The notes beneath the pieces were generated by a model. That model searched no databases, had not been told where the DNA came from, and saw only the letters and a program-made list of their open reading frames with translations. Made by a program: the position numbers and the translations under genes. Positions 37,690 to 47,936 of a DNA stretch of 64,000 nt are shown here, one piece after another. The DNA lies in NCBI GenBank assembly GCA_030648715.1, contig JAUSGZ010000017.1:5108-69107 (forward strand). Direction: 5' to 3'. This DNA comes from a bacterium. Its GTDB lineage: Bacteria; Patescibacteriota; Patescibacteriia; Buchananbacterales; GWA2-38-13. Within the stretch, counting starts at the first letter, position 1; each line of letters opens with the position of its first letter.

Positions 37690-38577
37690 ATGTATTCCCA
37701 GATCACGGCCAATAAGCGAAAAACCTGGCTGCTGATCGCGATCTTCACCGTCGTTATCCTGACGGCCGGGTATGCGTTCGGCGAATACGCCGGCATCGGC
37801 TACGGCGGACTGGCGTTTGCCGTTATCGTTTCCCTGACGATGACGCTCTTTTCGTATTTCGCCGGGGATAAGGTGGCGCTGGCAACCGCAGGGGCCAAAT
37901 TGGTCGACCAACAGCAAAACCCTTACCTCTACCGGATGGTGGAAAATCTGGCCATCACCGCTGGACTCCCCATGCCCCGAGTCTACGTCATCAACGACGG
38001 AGCGATCAACGCGTTTGCGACCGGCCGCGACCCGCACCACGCGTCGGTCGCCGTTACCACCGGCGCGATGGAAAAATTGGAGAACGAGGAATTGGAAGGA
38101 GTGCTGGCCCACGAGTTGTCCCACATCGGCAACTACGACATCCGGCTTATGACGATGGTTATCGTGCTCGTCGGCCTCGCCACCCTGCTGTCTGACCTGT
38201 TCTTTCGTGCGCGCTGGTATGGCGGCAGCCGCGGGCGTTCCGACAGCCGCGGCGGCAACGGCATCATCCTGGTCATCGGTATGATCGCGCTCATCCTGGC
38301 GCCCATCCTCGGCAAACTCATCCAGCTGGCGGTGTCTCGCAAACGAGAATTCTTAGCGGATGCGAGCGGAGCCCTGCTCACCCGCTACCCCGAGGGGCTG
38401 GCGCGAGCGTTGGAAAAGATCGGCGCCACAAACGTTGCGCCGATGCGCGGCGCGCACGAAGCGACCGCGCACCTCTACATCAGCTCACCGTTCGGTGCGG
38501 GAAATCGGGTAGCGAAACTCTTCTCCACGCACCCGCCGCTCCAAGAACGTATTAAGGTGCTGCGCCAAATGGCGTAA
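37690..38577 (+). CDS. htpX: Zinc metalloprotease HtpX (peptidase M48)
   Basis: HELSHIGNYD (HExxH), 4 TM segments, C-terminal LFSTHPPLQERI. Confidence 0.9.
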   Translation: MYSQITANKRKTWLLIAIFTVVILTAGYAFGEYAGIGYGGLAFAVIVSLTMTLFSYFAGDKVALATAGAKLVDQQQNPYLYRMVENLAITAGLPMPRVYVINDGAINAFATGRDPHHASVAVTTGAMEKLENEELEGVLAHELSHIGNYDIRLMTMVIVLVGLATLLSDLFFRARWYGGSRGRSDSRGGNGIILVIGMIALILAPILGKLIQLAVSRKREFLADASGALLTRYPEGLARALEKIGATNVAPMRGAHEATAHLYISSPFGAGNRVAKLFSTHPPLQERIKVLRQMA

Positions 38578-38583
38578 GACAAA

Positions 38584-38683
38584 CCATTGACATCTAACCA
38601 TTAACAATTGACTATCGCCCGAAGAACGTCAACGGTGAATGGTCAACAGTCAAACGTCAATGGTCAAGGGTCAACGGTGAACA
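38584..38683. promoter_or_regulatory. Composite heptad-repeat element upstream of clpC: 4 forward (n)ATTGAC-type heptads then 8 in-phase GTCAAnn heptads
   Basis: CATTGAC ATCTAAC CATTAAC AATTGAC (38584..38611), then GTCAACG GTGAATG GTCAACA GTCAAAC GTCAATG GTCAAGG GTCAACG GTGAACA (38628..38683). It ends 4 nt before the clpC ATG. Confidence 0.5.
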
Positions 38684-38687
38684 CCGT

Positions 38688-41162
38688 ATGGACATTCTGG
38701 AAAAATTCTCTACCCACGGCCGTGCGGCCCTCCGCCAGGCATTTTTACTCAGCCGCGAGTGCGGGAGCCTGACGGTCGAACCCGAGCACTTGCTGTGCGG
38801 CATCGCCTTGCAGCGGGGCTCGATCGGCGCGGAAATGCTGGCCAAGGCCAATCTCAATATCCAAACCATCCAACAGGCGCTGCCGACGCAATCTCCAAAA
38901 GCCGCTTTGCTGCCGCGGCTGTCCGAAACGTCGCGGCGCAGCCTTGAACGCGCGACGCTGCTGTCCAGCCGCTTCGGGCACCGGTACATCGGCACCGAAC
39001 ACCTGCTCGCGGGACTGCTGGAGCAATCGGCGGGCCGGCTGGAACGGCTGCTGGCCGTCCAAGGCGTCTCGCGGGAACAGTTGCGCGACCGGCTGGGCGT
39101 CGTGTTCAAAAGCACCACGAAATTTCCCGAGCTGGCGGAAGCGCTGGATATCATGGGCGGAAGCGCCCACGAAGACGAGGCGATGCCTTCGACGACCCGC
39201 GTCGCAGCCAGGCCCGGCAACTCGCCGCTCGCCAGCTACGCCATTGAACTCACTGATGATGTGGTGCAGCGGCGCATTGACCCGCTGATCGGCCGCGAAG
39301 CTGAAGTGGAACGGCTGATACAGATCCTGTGCCGGCGCACGAAGAACAATCCCCTGCTGCTGGGCGACCCCGGCGTCGGCAAGACCGCCATCGTTGAGGG
39401 CCTGGCAAAAAAGATCGTGCAGGGCGACGTGCCCGATCCGCTGCGGCGGCGGCACATCTGGCAGTTGGATCTCGGGCTGCTGGTCGCCGGGTCATCTTAC
39501 CGCGGCGAATTCGAGCAGCGGCTGAAGCTTTTGCTGGCCGAGATCCGCCAGCGGCCCGACGTCATCCTCTTCATCGATGAGCTGCATGCGATCGTCGGCG
39601 CGGGGTCGGCGAGCGGTTCCATGGATGCGGCGAATCTGATGAAACCGGCGCTGGCGCGCGGCGAGGTACGCTGCATTGGTGCCACCACCCAGGAGGATTA
39701 CAAACGTCACGTGGAGCATGATGCCGCGCTGGAACGCCGTTTCCAGCCCATCCTCGTCCGCCAGCCCGACCAGCGCCAGACGGTCGCCATTTTGCGCGGC
39801 CTGCGCCAAAGCTACGAGCGCTTCCACGGGGTCGCCATTACCGATGAGGCCATCAGTGCGGCGGTGCAGCTGGCCGACCGTTACGTGATGGGAAAAGCCC
39901 AGCCGGACAAATCCATCGACGTACTGGATGAAGCCGCGGCGATCCGCAAGATCACCAGCGTCAAGGCGGGAGGCCGCGATCCGTTGCGGACGGCTGAACA
40001 GCAGCTGGATGAGCTCCTGGCCGGCAAACAGCGCGCGGTGGCAGATGAACGATTCGAAGATGCGCTGCAATTGCGCGACCATGAAGCGCGCCTGCGGACA
40101 AAGATGACGCGGCTGAAAGAGCGTCGCGCGCAGCTGCCGCCCATCGCCCTGCCGCGCGTTACCGTTGCCGACGTGCACGCGGTCATCGCGAAAATGACCG
40201 GGGTGCAATTGGCGGTGCTGCGCACGGGCGAACGGCAGCAATTACGCCGCCTGGAACGGCAGCTGGGAGAGCGAATTGCCGGCCAAACCGAGGCGCTCCG
40301 CAAGGTCGCCCAAGTCATCCGGCGCGCCAAGACCGGCGTTGCCAACGTCCGCCGTCCCCTGGGTTCCTTCCTCTTTCTCGGCCCATCCGGCGTCGGAAAA
40401 ACCGAATTGGCGCGGGTGCTGGCCGATACCGTCTTTGGGGGTGTGGATGCGCTCGTGCGGCTGGATATGTCCGAATTCGCCGAACCCTTCACCGTCTCGA
40501 GGCTGATCGGAGCGCCCGCCGGCTACGTGGGCTACCGTGACAGCGCACAGCTCACCGACCTGGTACGCAAACGTCCGCACAGCGTCGTGCTCTTCGACGA
40601 AGTGGAGAAAGCCCATCCCCAGGTACTGACCCTGCTGCTACAGATCCTGGAAGACGGGGTCCTCACCGACGCAACGGGAAAAACCGCCAGCTTCCGCAAC
40701 GCCGTGGTCATCATGACGGCCAACCTTGGCACGGAAGAATTCCTGCAGCAGGCCGCGATCGGTTTTGACGACCGCGAGGCCGAGCACGATGAGCGCTTCG
40801 CCGCGGTACAGCAGGCGGTGTTAGCCACGGTCGCGCAGGAGTTTCCCCCGGAGCTGCTCAATCGTATCGATCAAACGATCATTTTCAAACCCCTTTCGCT
40901 GCCGACGGTCGCGCAGATCGCCCATCGCCAGCTCCAGGAACTGGCGGCGCGGCTGAAAGAACAGGGCACGCAGCTGCGCTGGGGCCCGGCCGTTTGCCGC
41001 GCCATTGCCCAGGTCAGTTTTTCACCCGACCAGGGCGCGCGCGCAGTTCGGCGCACCATCCAAGACCTGGTGGAAACGCCGACGGCCGATCGGCTGTTGC
41101 GGAATCGGCGTCCCCCGCGCCTGACGATCCGCGCGCGCGGCGGCGTCATTACGCTCGCCTAA
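38688..41162 (+). CDS. clpC: ATP-dependent Clp protease ATP-binding subunit ClpC (Clp_N + two AAA+ modules)
   Basis: Double Clp_N repeat at the N-terminus, D1 Walker [20 protein letters not shown]2 Walker [22 protein letters not shown], and the sensor/arginine-finger regions. Confidence 0.9.
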   Translation: MDILEKFSTHGRAALRQAFLLSRECGSLTVEPEHLLCGIALQRGSIGAEMLAKANLNIQTIQQALPTQSPKAALLPRLSETSRRSLERATLLSSRFGHRYIGTEHLLAGLLEQSAGRLERLLAVQGVSREQLRDRLGVVFKSTTKFPELAEALDIMGGSAHEDEAMPSTTRVAARPGNSPLASYAIELTDDVVQRRIDPLIGREAEVERLIQILCRRTKNNPLLLGDPGVGKTAIVEGLAKKIVQGDVPDPLRRRHIWQLDLGLLVAGSSYRGEFEQRLKLLLAEIRQRPDVILFIDELHAIVGAGSASGSMDAANLMKPALARGEVRCIGATTQEDYKRHVEHDAALERRFQPILVRQPDQRQTVAILRGLRQSYERFHGVAITDEAISAAVQLADRYVMGKAQPDKSIDVLDEAAAIRKITSVKAGGRDPLRTAEQQLDELLAGKQRAVADERFEDALQLRDHEARLRTKMTRLKERRAQLPPIALPRVTVADVHAVIAKMTGVQLAVLRTGERQQLRRLERQLGERIAGQTEALRKVAQVIRRAKTGVANVRRPLGSFLFLGPSGVGKTELARVLADTVFGGVDALVRLDMSEFAEPFTVSRLIGAPAGYVGYRDSAQLTDLVRKRPHSVVLFDEVEKAHPQVLTLLLQILEDGVLTDATGKTASFRNAVVIMTANLGTEEFLQQAAIGFDDREAEHDERFAAVQQAVLATVAQEFPPELLNRIDQTIIFKPLSLPTVAQIAHRQLQELAARLKEQGTQLRWGPAVCRAIAQVSFSPDQGARAVRRTIQDLVETPTADRLLRNRRPPRLTIRARGGVITLA

Positions 41163-41166
41163 CTGT

Positions 41167-42405
41167 ATGGTCCGCCTGCAACGCGCCTTGCTCATCTTCA
41201 CCTTTGTCCTGGTCACCATCATGCTGGGGGTACTGCTCTATGCGGTCTTTTTCGGCGGCGGTTTTTCCGATCTCGGCGGTAACGAACAGGCGGGCGGCAG
41301 CGGCAGCGCGATCTACGGCGACCAACAGGGCCCGCTCGGGAGCGGCGGTCAGCTCCCCACCGGCCGCCCCTCGCCAAGCCCGAACGTTTCCCCCGCGGCC
41401 AGGCCCAGCCCGGCAGCATCGGTGGCCAGCGGCGGCACCACCGTCACCCAACGCGTGGTTGATGCCGACGCCCAACAGCTGACCTTGGACCGCGACGGGG
41501 TCAGCGTACTGTACTACAACCCCGCGGATGGGCGCTTCTACCGGTTGACGCCCCGCGGCACCGTGGAAACGCTGGATGACCGGGTGTTCCATAACGTCGA
41601 GCGCATCACCTGGTCGGATGACCGCCAGCGGGCGGTGCTGGAATATCCGGATGGCGCGAATATCGTGTACGACTTTTCAACGGAGCGGCAAACCACCCTG
41701 CCCAAGCACTGGGAAGCCTTTGATTTCGCCCCGGGCGGCGACCAATTGATCGCCAAAAGCATCGGCTTGGACGCCGAGAACCGCTGGCTGGTCGTCACGG
41801 ATGCCAGCGGCAGCAGAACACGCCCCATTGTGGCACTCGGCGACAATGCCGACTCCGTCATCCCCTCCTGGTCACCCAACGGTCAGATGGTTGCCATACA
41901 GGTCGAAAATAGCGGCGCGCAGCGGCAGGAGGTATTCTTCATCGGACAGAACGACGAGCGTTTTCCTTCGGCACAAGTGCCAGGCTGGGGGTTTGAAGCC
42001 GAATGGACCCCAAGCGGGAATCAACTCCTCTACTCGGTCTACAGCAACCGCTCCGGTAACCGGCCGGAATTATGGCTCTCCGATGCCACCCCCGCAAGCG
42101 TCGGTACCAACCGCTTGTCGGTGGGTTTACAGACCTGGGCGCACAAATGCACGTTCAGTAGCCCGTCGGTCGCCTATTGCGCGGTCCCCAATGAGCTCCC
42201 CAGCGGTGCCGGGCTTTTCCCGAATGAAATGGATACCGGGGTGGACAGCGTCTATCGGGTCGATCTGGCGAGCGGCGCCACCTCGCTGGTAGCAACCCCC
42301 AACCAGCCGCACACGATGGGTCAGCTGCTGGTCTCCGGTGACGGACGCTCCCTCTATTACACCGCCAAACAGGACGGCAACGTCTACCGGCTCCAGCTGA
42401 AGTAG
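41167..42405 (+). CDS. Membrane-anchored TolB-like beta-propeller (PD40/WD40-like) protein
   Basis: N-terminal TM LLIFTFVLVTIMLGVLLYAVFF, a Gly/Pro-rich linker, then repeated S(W/P)SPNG/DG.....Y... motifs (IPSWSPNGQMVAIQ, WTPSGNQLLYSV, LVSGDGRSLYYT). Confidence 0.6.
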   Translation: MVRLQRALLIFTFVLVTIMLGVLLYAVFFGGGFSDLGGNEQAGGSGSAIYGDQQGPLGSGGQLPTGRPSPSPNVSPAARPSPAASVASGGTTVTQRVVDADAQQLTLDRDGVSVLYYNPADGRFYRLTPRGTVETLDDRVFHNVERITWSDDRQRAVLEYPDGANIVYDFSTERQTTLPKHWEAFDFAPGGDQLIAKSIGLDAENRWLVVTDASGSRTRPIVALGDNADSVIPSWSPNGQMVAIQVENSGAQRQEVFFIGQNDERFPSAQVPGWGFEAEWTPSGNQLLYSVYSNRSGNRPELWLSDATPASVGTNRLSVGLQTWAHKCTFSSPSVAYCAVPNELPSGAGLFPNEMDTGVDSVYRVDLASGATSLVATPNQPHTMGQLLVSGDGRSLYYTAKQDGNVYRLQLK

Positions 42406-42465
42406 CCAGTCGCGCGGGAGCACGCCCCGAATTCCAGATTCTCGTTGCGGGAGGTGGATTTTTTT

Positions 42466-43818
42466 ATGCCCAAGGCCAAAGCCGTGTACGTCTGCGCCAA
42501 ATGCGACGCCCAGTTCCCGAAGTGGCTCGGGCGCTGCGCGGAGTGCGGAGGATGGGGAACCATCGCGAGTACTCCCGTTGCGGTCAGCGCGCCCGCGCCG
42601 ACCCGCCCACCGTCCGGCCAGGTCATCAGTTTTGCCGACGTCCTCGGCGACAACGTCAAACGGCTGCCCAGCGGCATGGATGAATTCGATCGCGTGGTCG
42701 GTGGAGGTTTAAGCCAAGGGTCCGTCACGCTGCTGACCGGCGAACCCGGCATCGGCAAATCGACGCTCGTGCTCCAGGTGGCCGACCGGATCGCCCGCCA
42801 CTCCGGCAAAACGGTGCTGTACGTATCCGGCGAAGAATCCGCGAGCCAGATCAAGGACCGCATCACCCGCTTGGGCGTGACGGCGGCGGGGATTTCCTAC
42901 CTCGGCGCGACGTCCGCGGAAACCATCGCCGCCACCATCACCGCGCATCGTCCGCCGCTGGCGATCGTAGATTCCGTTCAGACGGTCCGTGCCGACCGGA
43001 ACGCCGGTGAACCCGGGAGCGTCGGCCAGATCCGCGCTGCGACCGCAGTACTCATAGAGGCGGCGAAAACCTCGGCGACCGCGGTCCTGCTCATCGGCCA
43101 TATCACGAAAAGCGGCGACGTCGCCGGGCCAAAAACGCTCGAACACCTCGTGGATACGGTCATTGGACTTGAAGGCGACGGCACCCAGCACTACCGTCTG
43201 CTCCGGACGGTCAAGAACCGATTCGGCGCCGCCAATGAGCTGGGCGTTTTTGAAATGAAGGGCGGCGGCCTGCAAGAGGTAACGAACCCCTCGGCGATGT
43301 TCTTGGCCGGACGGGTTACCCAGCAGCCGGGCGCCGTCGTCGCCCCGGTCGTGATCGGCACCCGCGTATTTTTGGCCGAGATCCAGGCGCTCGTGTCATG
43401 GACGCGGTTCGGCTACCCGCAACGCAAGGCGGTGGGCTACGACTTCAACCGCCTCAACCTCATCGCCACGGTACTTGACCAGCGGGCCGGCATCCGGCTC
43501 GCGAAAAGCGACATCCACGTAAAGATCGCCGGGGGCCTGCGCGTCAACGACCCGGCCGCCGACCTGGCAGTCGCACTGGCCATCATCTCCGCACAACGCA
43601 AACGAACGATCGACCCCCATACCGCCGCGTGCGGCGAACTGGGACTCAGCGGCGAGATCCGGCCGATCGCACGGTTGGATGCGCGACTGCAGGAATCGAC
43701 GAAACTCGGCTTTACGTCCGTTCTGTGCCCCCGTCCGGGAGATTCGGCCCAGTTGCCGCCCGCAGCGCTCCCGATCGACAGCATACAAACCGCAGTGCGC
43801 GAGCTGTGGGACGGCTGA
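42466..43818 (+). CDS. radA: DNA repair protein RadA (Sms)
   Basis: N-terminal Zn finger CAKCDAQFPKWLGRCAECGGWG, Walker A LLTGEPGIGKSTLVLQVA, KNRFG motif, and a Lon-protease-like C-terminal domain. Confidence 0.9.
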   Translation: MPKAKAVYVCAKCDAQFPKWLGRCAECGGWGTIASTPVAVSAPAPTRPPSGQVISFADVLGDNVKRLPSGMDEFDRVVGGGLSQGSVTLLTGEPGIGKSTLVLQVADRIARHSGKTVLYVSGEESASQIKDRITRLGVTAAGISYLGATSAETIAATITAHRPPLAIVDSVQTVRADRNAGEPGSVGQIRAATAVLIEAAKTSATAVLLIGHITKSGDVAGPKTLEHLVDTVIGLEGDGTQHYRLLRTVKNRFGAANELGVFEMKGGGLQEVTNPSAMFLAGRVTQQPGAVVAPVVIGTRVFLAEIQALVSWTRFGYPQRKAVGYDFNRLNLIATVLDQRAGIRLAKSDIHVKIAGGLRVNDPAADLAVALAIISAQRKRTIDPHTAACGELGLSGEIRPIARLDARLQESTKLGFTSVLCPRPGDSAQLPPAALPIDSIQTAVRELWDG

Positions 43819-43830
43819 ATCCCCCCGCGC

Positions 43831-45912
43831 TCACTCCAAATGGACAAGGGCTTGTAAGTCCGCGACCTGCTTGCGCAGGACCGCGTGCTGGGCAAGCTCA
43901 GGGTCTTGGTGAAGGAGTGCGGCCGCCTCATGCTTCGCGATCTCGGCCACCTCCAGATCGGCTAACGTCGCCAGGCGCAAGTGGGAAAAACCGGACTGCA
44001 GCGTCCCCAGCAACTGCCCCGGCCCGCGAAATTTCAGATCCAATTCCGCCAGTGCAAAGCCATCTTTCGCCTGCAAGAATGCGGCGAGCCGCTCGAGAAC
44101 TTCGGGGCTGGTCGCGTCGGCGCAGAGAAAACAGTACGATTGGTGGCCCGAACGGCCGACCCTTCCGCGCAATTGGTGCAGTTGACTCAGCCCGAACCGC
44201 TCGGCCCCTTCGATCACGATGATGGTGGCATTGGGTACATCCACGCCCACTTCCACGACCGTGGTCGTCACCAGCACCGACGTCCGATTCGCCAAAAAAT
44301 CCGCCATGGTGGTGGTCTTTTTTTCCGCCGAAAGTTTGCCATGGAGGACGCCGACGCGAAGGTCGGGAAAAACGCGCTGCTGCAGTTCCGCCAGCTCGGC
44401 AGTGACCGCCTTGACCCCGAACCGATCCGACGGATCGATCAGCGGACAAACCACGAACGCCTGCCGCCCAACTGCGACCTGGTCGCGAATGAACTGGTAT
44501 AATCGCTGCCGTGCAGCCGCCGAAACCAGCTGGGTCACCACGGTCTTGCGTTCGCGCGGCCGCTGACGAATGGCGCTGATCGCGAGGTCGCCGTACAGCA
44601 CCAGCGCAAGCGATCGCGGGATCGGTGTTGCCGTCAACGACAGGAAATGAGGACTGGCGCCGCTCCCCGCCGCGACCAGAAGCTGGCGCTGCTGGACGCC
44701 GAACCGGTGCTGCTCGTCAACCGCGGCAAGCGTCAGTTGTTGCCAGCGCACCGACTCCTGCAACAACGCGTGCGTACCGACCACAAGGTCGAGCTCTCCG
44801 CGGCCAAGCATGGCAAGAATTTCTGCTTTTTTGAATCGGCCGGGCTGCGGCGCGGTGGCGTCACGCGCCTGGACGAACCGCTGCGTACGCGTGAACAAAC
44901 CGACGGCAACGGGAAAGTCGGCAAACATCCGACAAAATGTTTGAAAATGCTGGACGGCCAAGATCTCGGTCGGCGCCATCACCGCGGTTTGCCCGCCGGA
45001 CAGGGCGACGTTCAACGCGGCAATGGCAACCACCACCGTCTTGCCGGCGCCGACATCGCCTTCGAGCAACCGATGCATCGGCACCGATCGCTGGAGGTCC
45101 TGCAAAATTTTCCACGCCGCTGCTCGCTGGTCTTGGGTCAGCGTGAATGGGAACGATTGCACCAGCCGCGTCGTCGCGTCGCGCTGGAATGGCACGGCAT
45201 GAGCAGCGATCTGGGACATCTGCCAGCGCGCCTGTTGCAATGCCAGCTGCAGAACGAAAAATTCGTCGAATTTCAAACGCCGCAGCGCTGACTCCAGCGC
45301 CTGGCGATGTTGGGGAAAATGCACCTGCTGAATCGCCCACCCCCGCGTCGCCAGCTGCAAACGCTGACGGAGCGCCGGCGGCAAACCATCGGGCACCAGG
45401 CTTGCCGCCGGCAGCGCCTGCTGCACCAGCGCGCGGATCTGCCGCTGGGTGACCCCCTCGGTAGCGGGGTACACCGGTACCAAACGCGCCGTGTGCAAGG
45501 TGAGCTGACGATAGAGTTCAATGCTCGGATTCACGAGCTGCAGCTGGCGGAATTCGTAGCTCGCCTGTCCCGCCAGATACACGTCATCACCGGGGCGAAA
45601 CTGACGAACTAAATAGGGCTGATTGAACCACACCGCCAGAATCGAACCGGTGGCGTCAACGATAACTGCTTCGGTGAGCATGAGACGTCGCCGCGGGCTG
45701 CGCCGATTCTCGATCAGCTCGATACGGCCTCGCACGGTGGCTACCGTGCCCGCTGCCAAACGACCAATGGGCAATATCGTCCCGAAATCATCGTACCGGA
45801 ACGGATAATGGCGCAGGAGGTCGTGGACCGTGCGAAGACCCAAACGACTGAGCCGCGCGGCGGTGGCGCTGCCGACCCGACTCAGATGCCCCAACGCCAT
45901 CCCCGGCGTCAT
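43831..45912 (-). CDS. recG: ATP-dependent DNA helicase RecG
   Basis: N-terminal wedge domain, helicase motif I GDVGAGKTVVVAIAAL, DEQHRFGV (motif II), TATPIPRSL, and the C-terminal helicase domain. The start is ambiguous (45912, 45900 or 45933). Confidence 0.85.
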   Translation of the reverse strand: MTPGMALGHLSRVGSATAARLSRLGLRTVHDLLRHYPFRYDDFGTILPIGRLAAGTVATVRGRIELIENRRSPRRRLMLTEAVIVDATGSILAVWFNQPYLVRQFRPGDDVYLAGQASYEFRQLQLVNPSIELYRQLTLHTARLVPVYPATEGVTQRQIRALVQQALPAASLVPDGLPPALRQRLQLATRGWAIQQVHFPQHRQALESALRRLKFDEFFVLQLALQQARWQMSQIAAHAVPFQRDATTRLVQSFPFTLTQDQRAAAWKILQDLQRSVPMHRLLEGDVGAGKTVVVAIAALNVALSGGQTAVMAPTEILAVQHFQTFCRMFADFPVAVGLFTRTQRFVQARDATAPQPGRFKKAEILAMLGRGELDLVVGTHALLQESVRWQQLTLAAVDEQHRFGVQQRQLLVAAGSGASPHFLSLTATPIPRSLALVLYGDLAISAIRQRPRERKTVVTQLVSAAARQRLYQFIRDQVAVGRQAFVVCPLIDPSDRFGVKAVTAELAELQQRVFPDLRVGVLHGKLSAEKKTTTMADFLANRTSVLVTTTVVEVGVDVPNATIIVIEGAERFGLSQLHQLRGRVGRSGHQSYCFLCADATSPEVLERLAAFLQAKDGFALAELDLKFRGPGQLLGTLQSGFSHLRLATLADLEVAEIAKHEAAALLHQDPELAQHAVLRKQVADLQALVHLE

Positions 45913-46076
45913 TCCGACATCGGCTGCTCTCATACGTCCGTCAGTATACCAGAAGCAATTAAAAAAACGGCTCGCTCATAGGCGAACCGCGCTCGACCGT
46001 TGTCTCCCCTTTGCGCCCGGCAGGGCTTTCACCCCACACCTTTTTGGTATGGATGAGAGGTATATCTTTTTACCTT

Positions 46077-46150
46077 TGCGCCCGGCAGGGCTCGAACCTG
46101 CGGCCTCAAGGTCCGCAACCTTGCGCTCTGTCCAGCTGAGCTACGGGCGC
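46077..46150 (-). tRNA. tRNA-Arg (anticodon GCG as folded by eye)
   Basis: GCGCCCGTAGCTCAGCTGGACAGAGCGCAAGGTTGCGGACCTTGAGGCCGCAGGTTCGAGCCCTGCCGGGCGCA. The cloverleaf is perfect, with 7-bp acceptor, Arg-type D loop (AGCTGGAYAGAGC) and T-loop TTCGAGC. No CCA is encoded. Confidence 0.7.
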
Positions 46151-46295
46151 AAAGGTAAAAAGACAATATGAGAGTACACGGGAAAAAGGTGTGGGGCAAG
46201 CCTGCGGCCTTCCCGCCAACGGCGGGACGCTCTGGGCCGCTGAGCCCTGCCGGCAGGCAGGTACGGGCGCAAAGGGGAGACAACGGTCGTGCCTC

Positions 46296-46805
46296 CTATA
46301 ATTTCAATAATCGCGAGATCTGATCCAGGACCGGCTCATCCTCCCGCCGCAAGTCCTCCGACAAATAATCCAAGAGCGCGTGCCGTGCCGTCACCGGATT
46401 CTGCGAGCCCAGTGGCAGAGGGAGGTACGGTTTGAACGGGTTTCGAAACTCCAGGTACAAATTCTTCACCTCGGGCGGCTGATAGATGATCCAAAAGCGT
46501 TTCAGTTCCTGGTAGGAATAAAAGGTCCGGCCCGCGGCCACCCCGTTGTCGGTGATGGCAAAGCTCATGGTCTTGGACGGCTGGCGGCGCATCAGCCCAT
46601 AGGTTAAGCCGAACAGTACCAGTAACCCGGAAAAAAGGAAATCCCCCATCCATACTCCGTAGGCGATCAGCAGGACGGCAACGACACCGGCGATCACATA
46701 CCAGCGATGGCTGCGCGGCTGTTGGGTTCCATCGTCGCATTGCCACTGGACAATCACCCGACCGATGCCGGGAGGCAAGCCTGGTGAAGTTATCGGTTCT
46801 GCCAT
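46296..46805 (-). CDS. Hypothetical small membrane protein (2 TM)
   Basis: WYVIAGVVAVLLIAYGVWMGDFLFSGLLVLFGLTYGL. No recognisable family. Confidence 0.45.
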   Translation of the reverse strand: MAEPITSPGLPPGIGRVIVQWQCDDGTQQPRSHRWYVIAGVVAVLLIAYGVWMGDFLFSGLLVLFGLTYGLMRRQPSKTMSFAITDNGVAAGRTFYSYQELKRFWIIYQPPEVKNLYLEFRNPFKPYLPLPLGSQNPVTARHALLDYLSEDLRREDEPVLDQISRLLKL

Positions 46806-46973
46806 ACACGAAAATTCTTACACTATTTCTTCCGGCTGCGGCTCGGCATGCAGGGCGGGGAAGATGTCCGGAACTTTGAACCGAAAATCTCTTTAAAATT
46901 CAACGATCTTAATAAAACAATACCAAAATTGAGAGCTATATACAAAGAGCATCCAGAGTGATTTGAAGTGCCT

Positions 46974-47936
46974 TCATCTACTTATTAGAAATTCTAACAA
47001 GCCTTCATGTAAATGTTTCTGACCGCCCCAAACCACAGTATTGTAACCCTCCAAAAATTCTGCAGGATTTTCTTCTCGAAAAGTAATAGAACGAACTTTT
47101 TCGGGCAGCGCTTCGCTCATGTGCCTATCAGTCCCGCCTCTTATAACTGAAAATTTATCTCCCCAAACTTCTATATTATCTGGCTTTAGCCTTTCTTTTG
47201 CTAAACCAACGGCTCTCAAAACTTCTTCGTTACCTAAAATATATTTAATAGCTGTAGTTTTTGATACCCCTTTAATAGCCAAATCGATAGCAAATACTCC
47301 TGCTAACCTCGGAGAAATTGGTAAATTATTTTCTTGCAATAGCTGATCAATTCGCTCAACAATGGGAACTCTCAAATCCAAATTGCCGTGAGTATTCGGA
47401 ACGCTGATTTCCAATGCCTTTTCTTGCTCTGGCGTTAAATCGTAACCATTTATCACCTCTAAAGTTATTTGTGGGCCCCTGTCTTCCAGCATGATCGCTA
47501 ACGGATTATTCCCAACCTTAGATTTAAACTCTGTTAGCGGCGTTGCTGGGTAAACCTGTAACTTAAATTCCTTTATTATTTGATTTACTATATCTCGCCA
47601 TCTCTTTTTTTGATTCTCAGTTAAAGCGTTTTCATACAGGCTGTAAAAAGGCTTGGCGTTTACATAACCCGATTCATCAAACCCCCAAACTTCAGCTCCA
47701 CTGCAATGACCAACTAATACTTTCTTTCTTAACTTTGATTTAACATGGTCAGTAATGCGCCATTGAACACTTTTAATGCTCTGTCCCGTAATAAAAAATA
47801 CTACAGTCCCTTGTTCCAAAATCTTTTCCAACTCTCTACATATTTCAGGAGTGGCGGCAGTATATAGATCTGCAACTGTTTCATCGACATCAGATAAAAT
47901 CAACCTTAAACTGTTATTCCATTTGATAGTTGCCAT
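46974..47936 (-). CDS. HAD-superfamily hydrolase-like protein (DxDET motif), encoded by an atypically low-GC gene
   Basis: LILSDVDETVADL matches the motif-I DxDxT of HAD phosphatases (class-B acid-phosphatase-like DIDET). The gene GC is visibly far below the ~64% flanks and there is an AT-rich intergenic region at 46810..46975. Confidence 0.45.
   Translation of the reverse strand: MATIKWNNSLRLILSDVDETVADLYTAATPEICRELEKILEQGTVVFFITGQSIKSVQWRITDHVKSKLRKKVLVGHCSGAEVWGFDESGYVNAKPFYSLYENALTENQKKRWRDIVNQIIKEFKLQVYPATPLTEFKSKVGNNPLAIMLEDRGPQITLEVINGYDLTPEQEKALEISVPNTHGNLDLRVPIVERIDQLLQENNLPISPRLAGVFAIDLAIKGVSKTTAIKYILGNEEVLRAVGLAKERLKPDNIEVWGDKFSVIRGGTDRHMSEALPEKVRSITFREENPAEFLEGYNTVVWGGQKHLHEGLLEFLISR

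Noticed and set aside
37600-38683. Possibility that the heptad arrays are a CRISPR array or canonical CtsR boxes
   Set aside because: They are not CRISPR: the period is 7 nt with no spacers and no cas genes. They are not textbook CtsR operators either: CtsR boxes are two heptads separated by 3 nt, whereas these are contiguous 7-nt-phased arrays in inverted blocks. They are reported as CtsR-like only.
38745-40616. Minus-strand ORFs (38745..39455, 39492..40241, 40242..40616) opposite clpC
   Set aside because: They are antisense to a complete, motif-rich ClpC and have no domain signatures.
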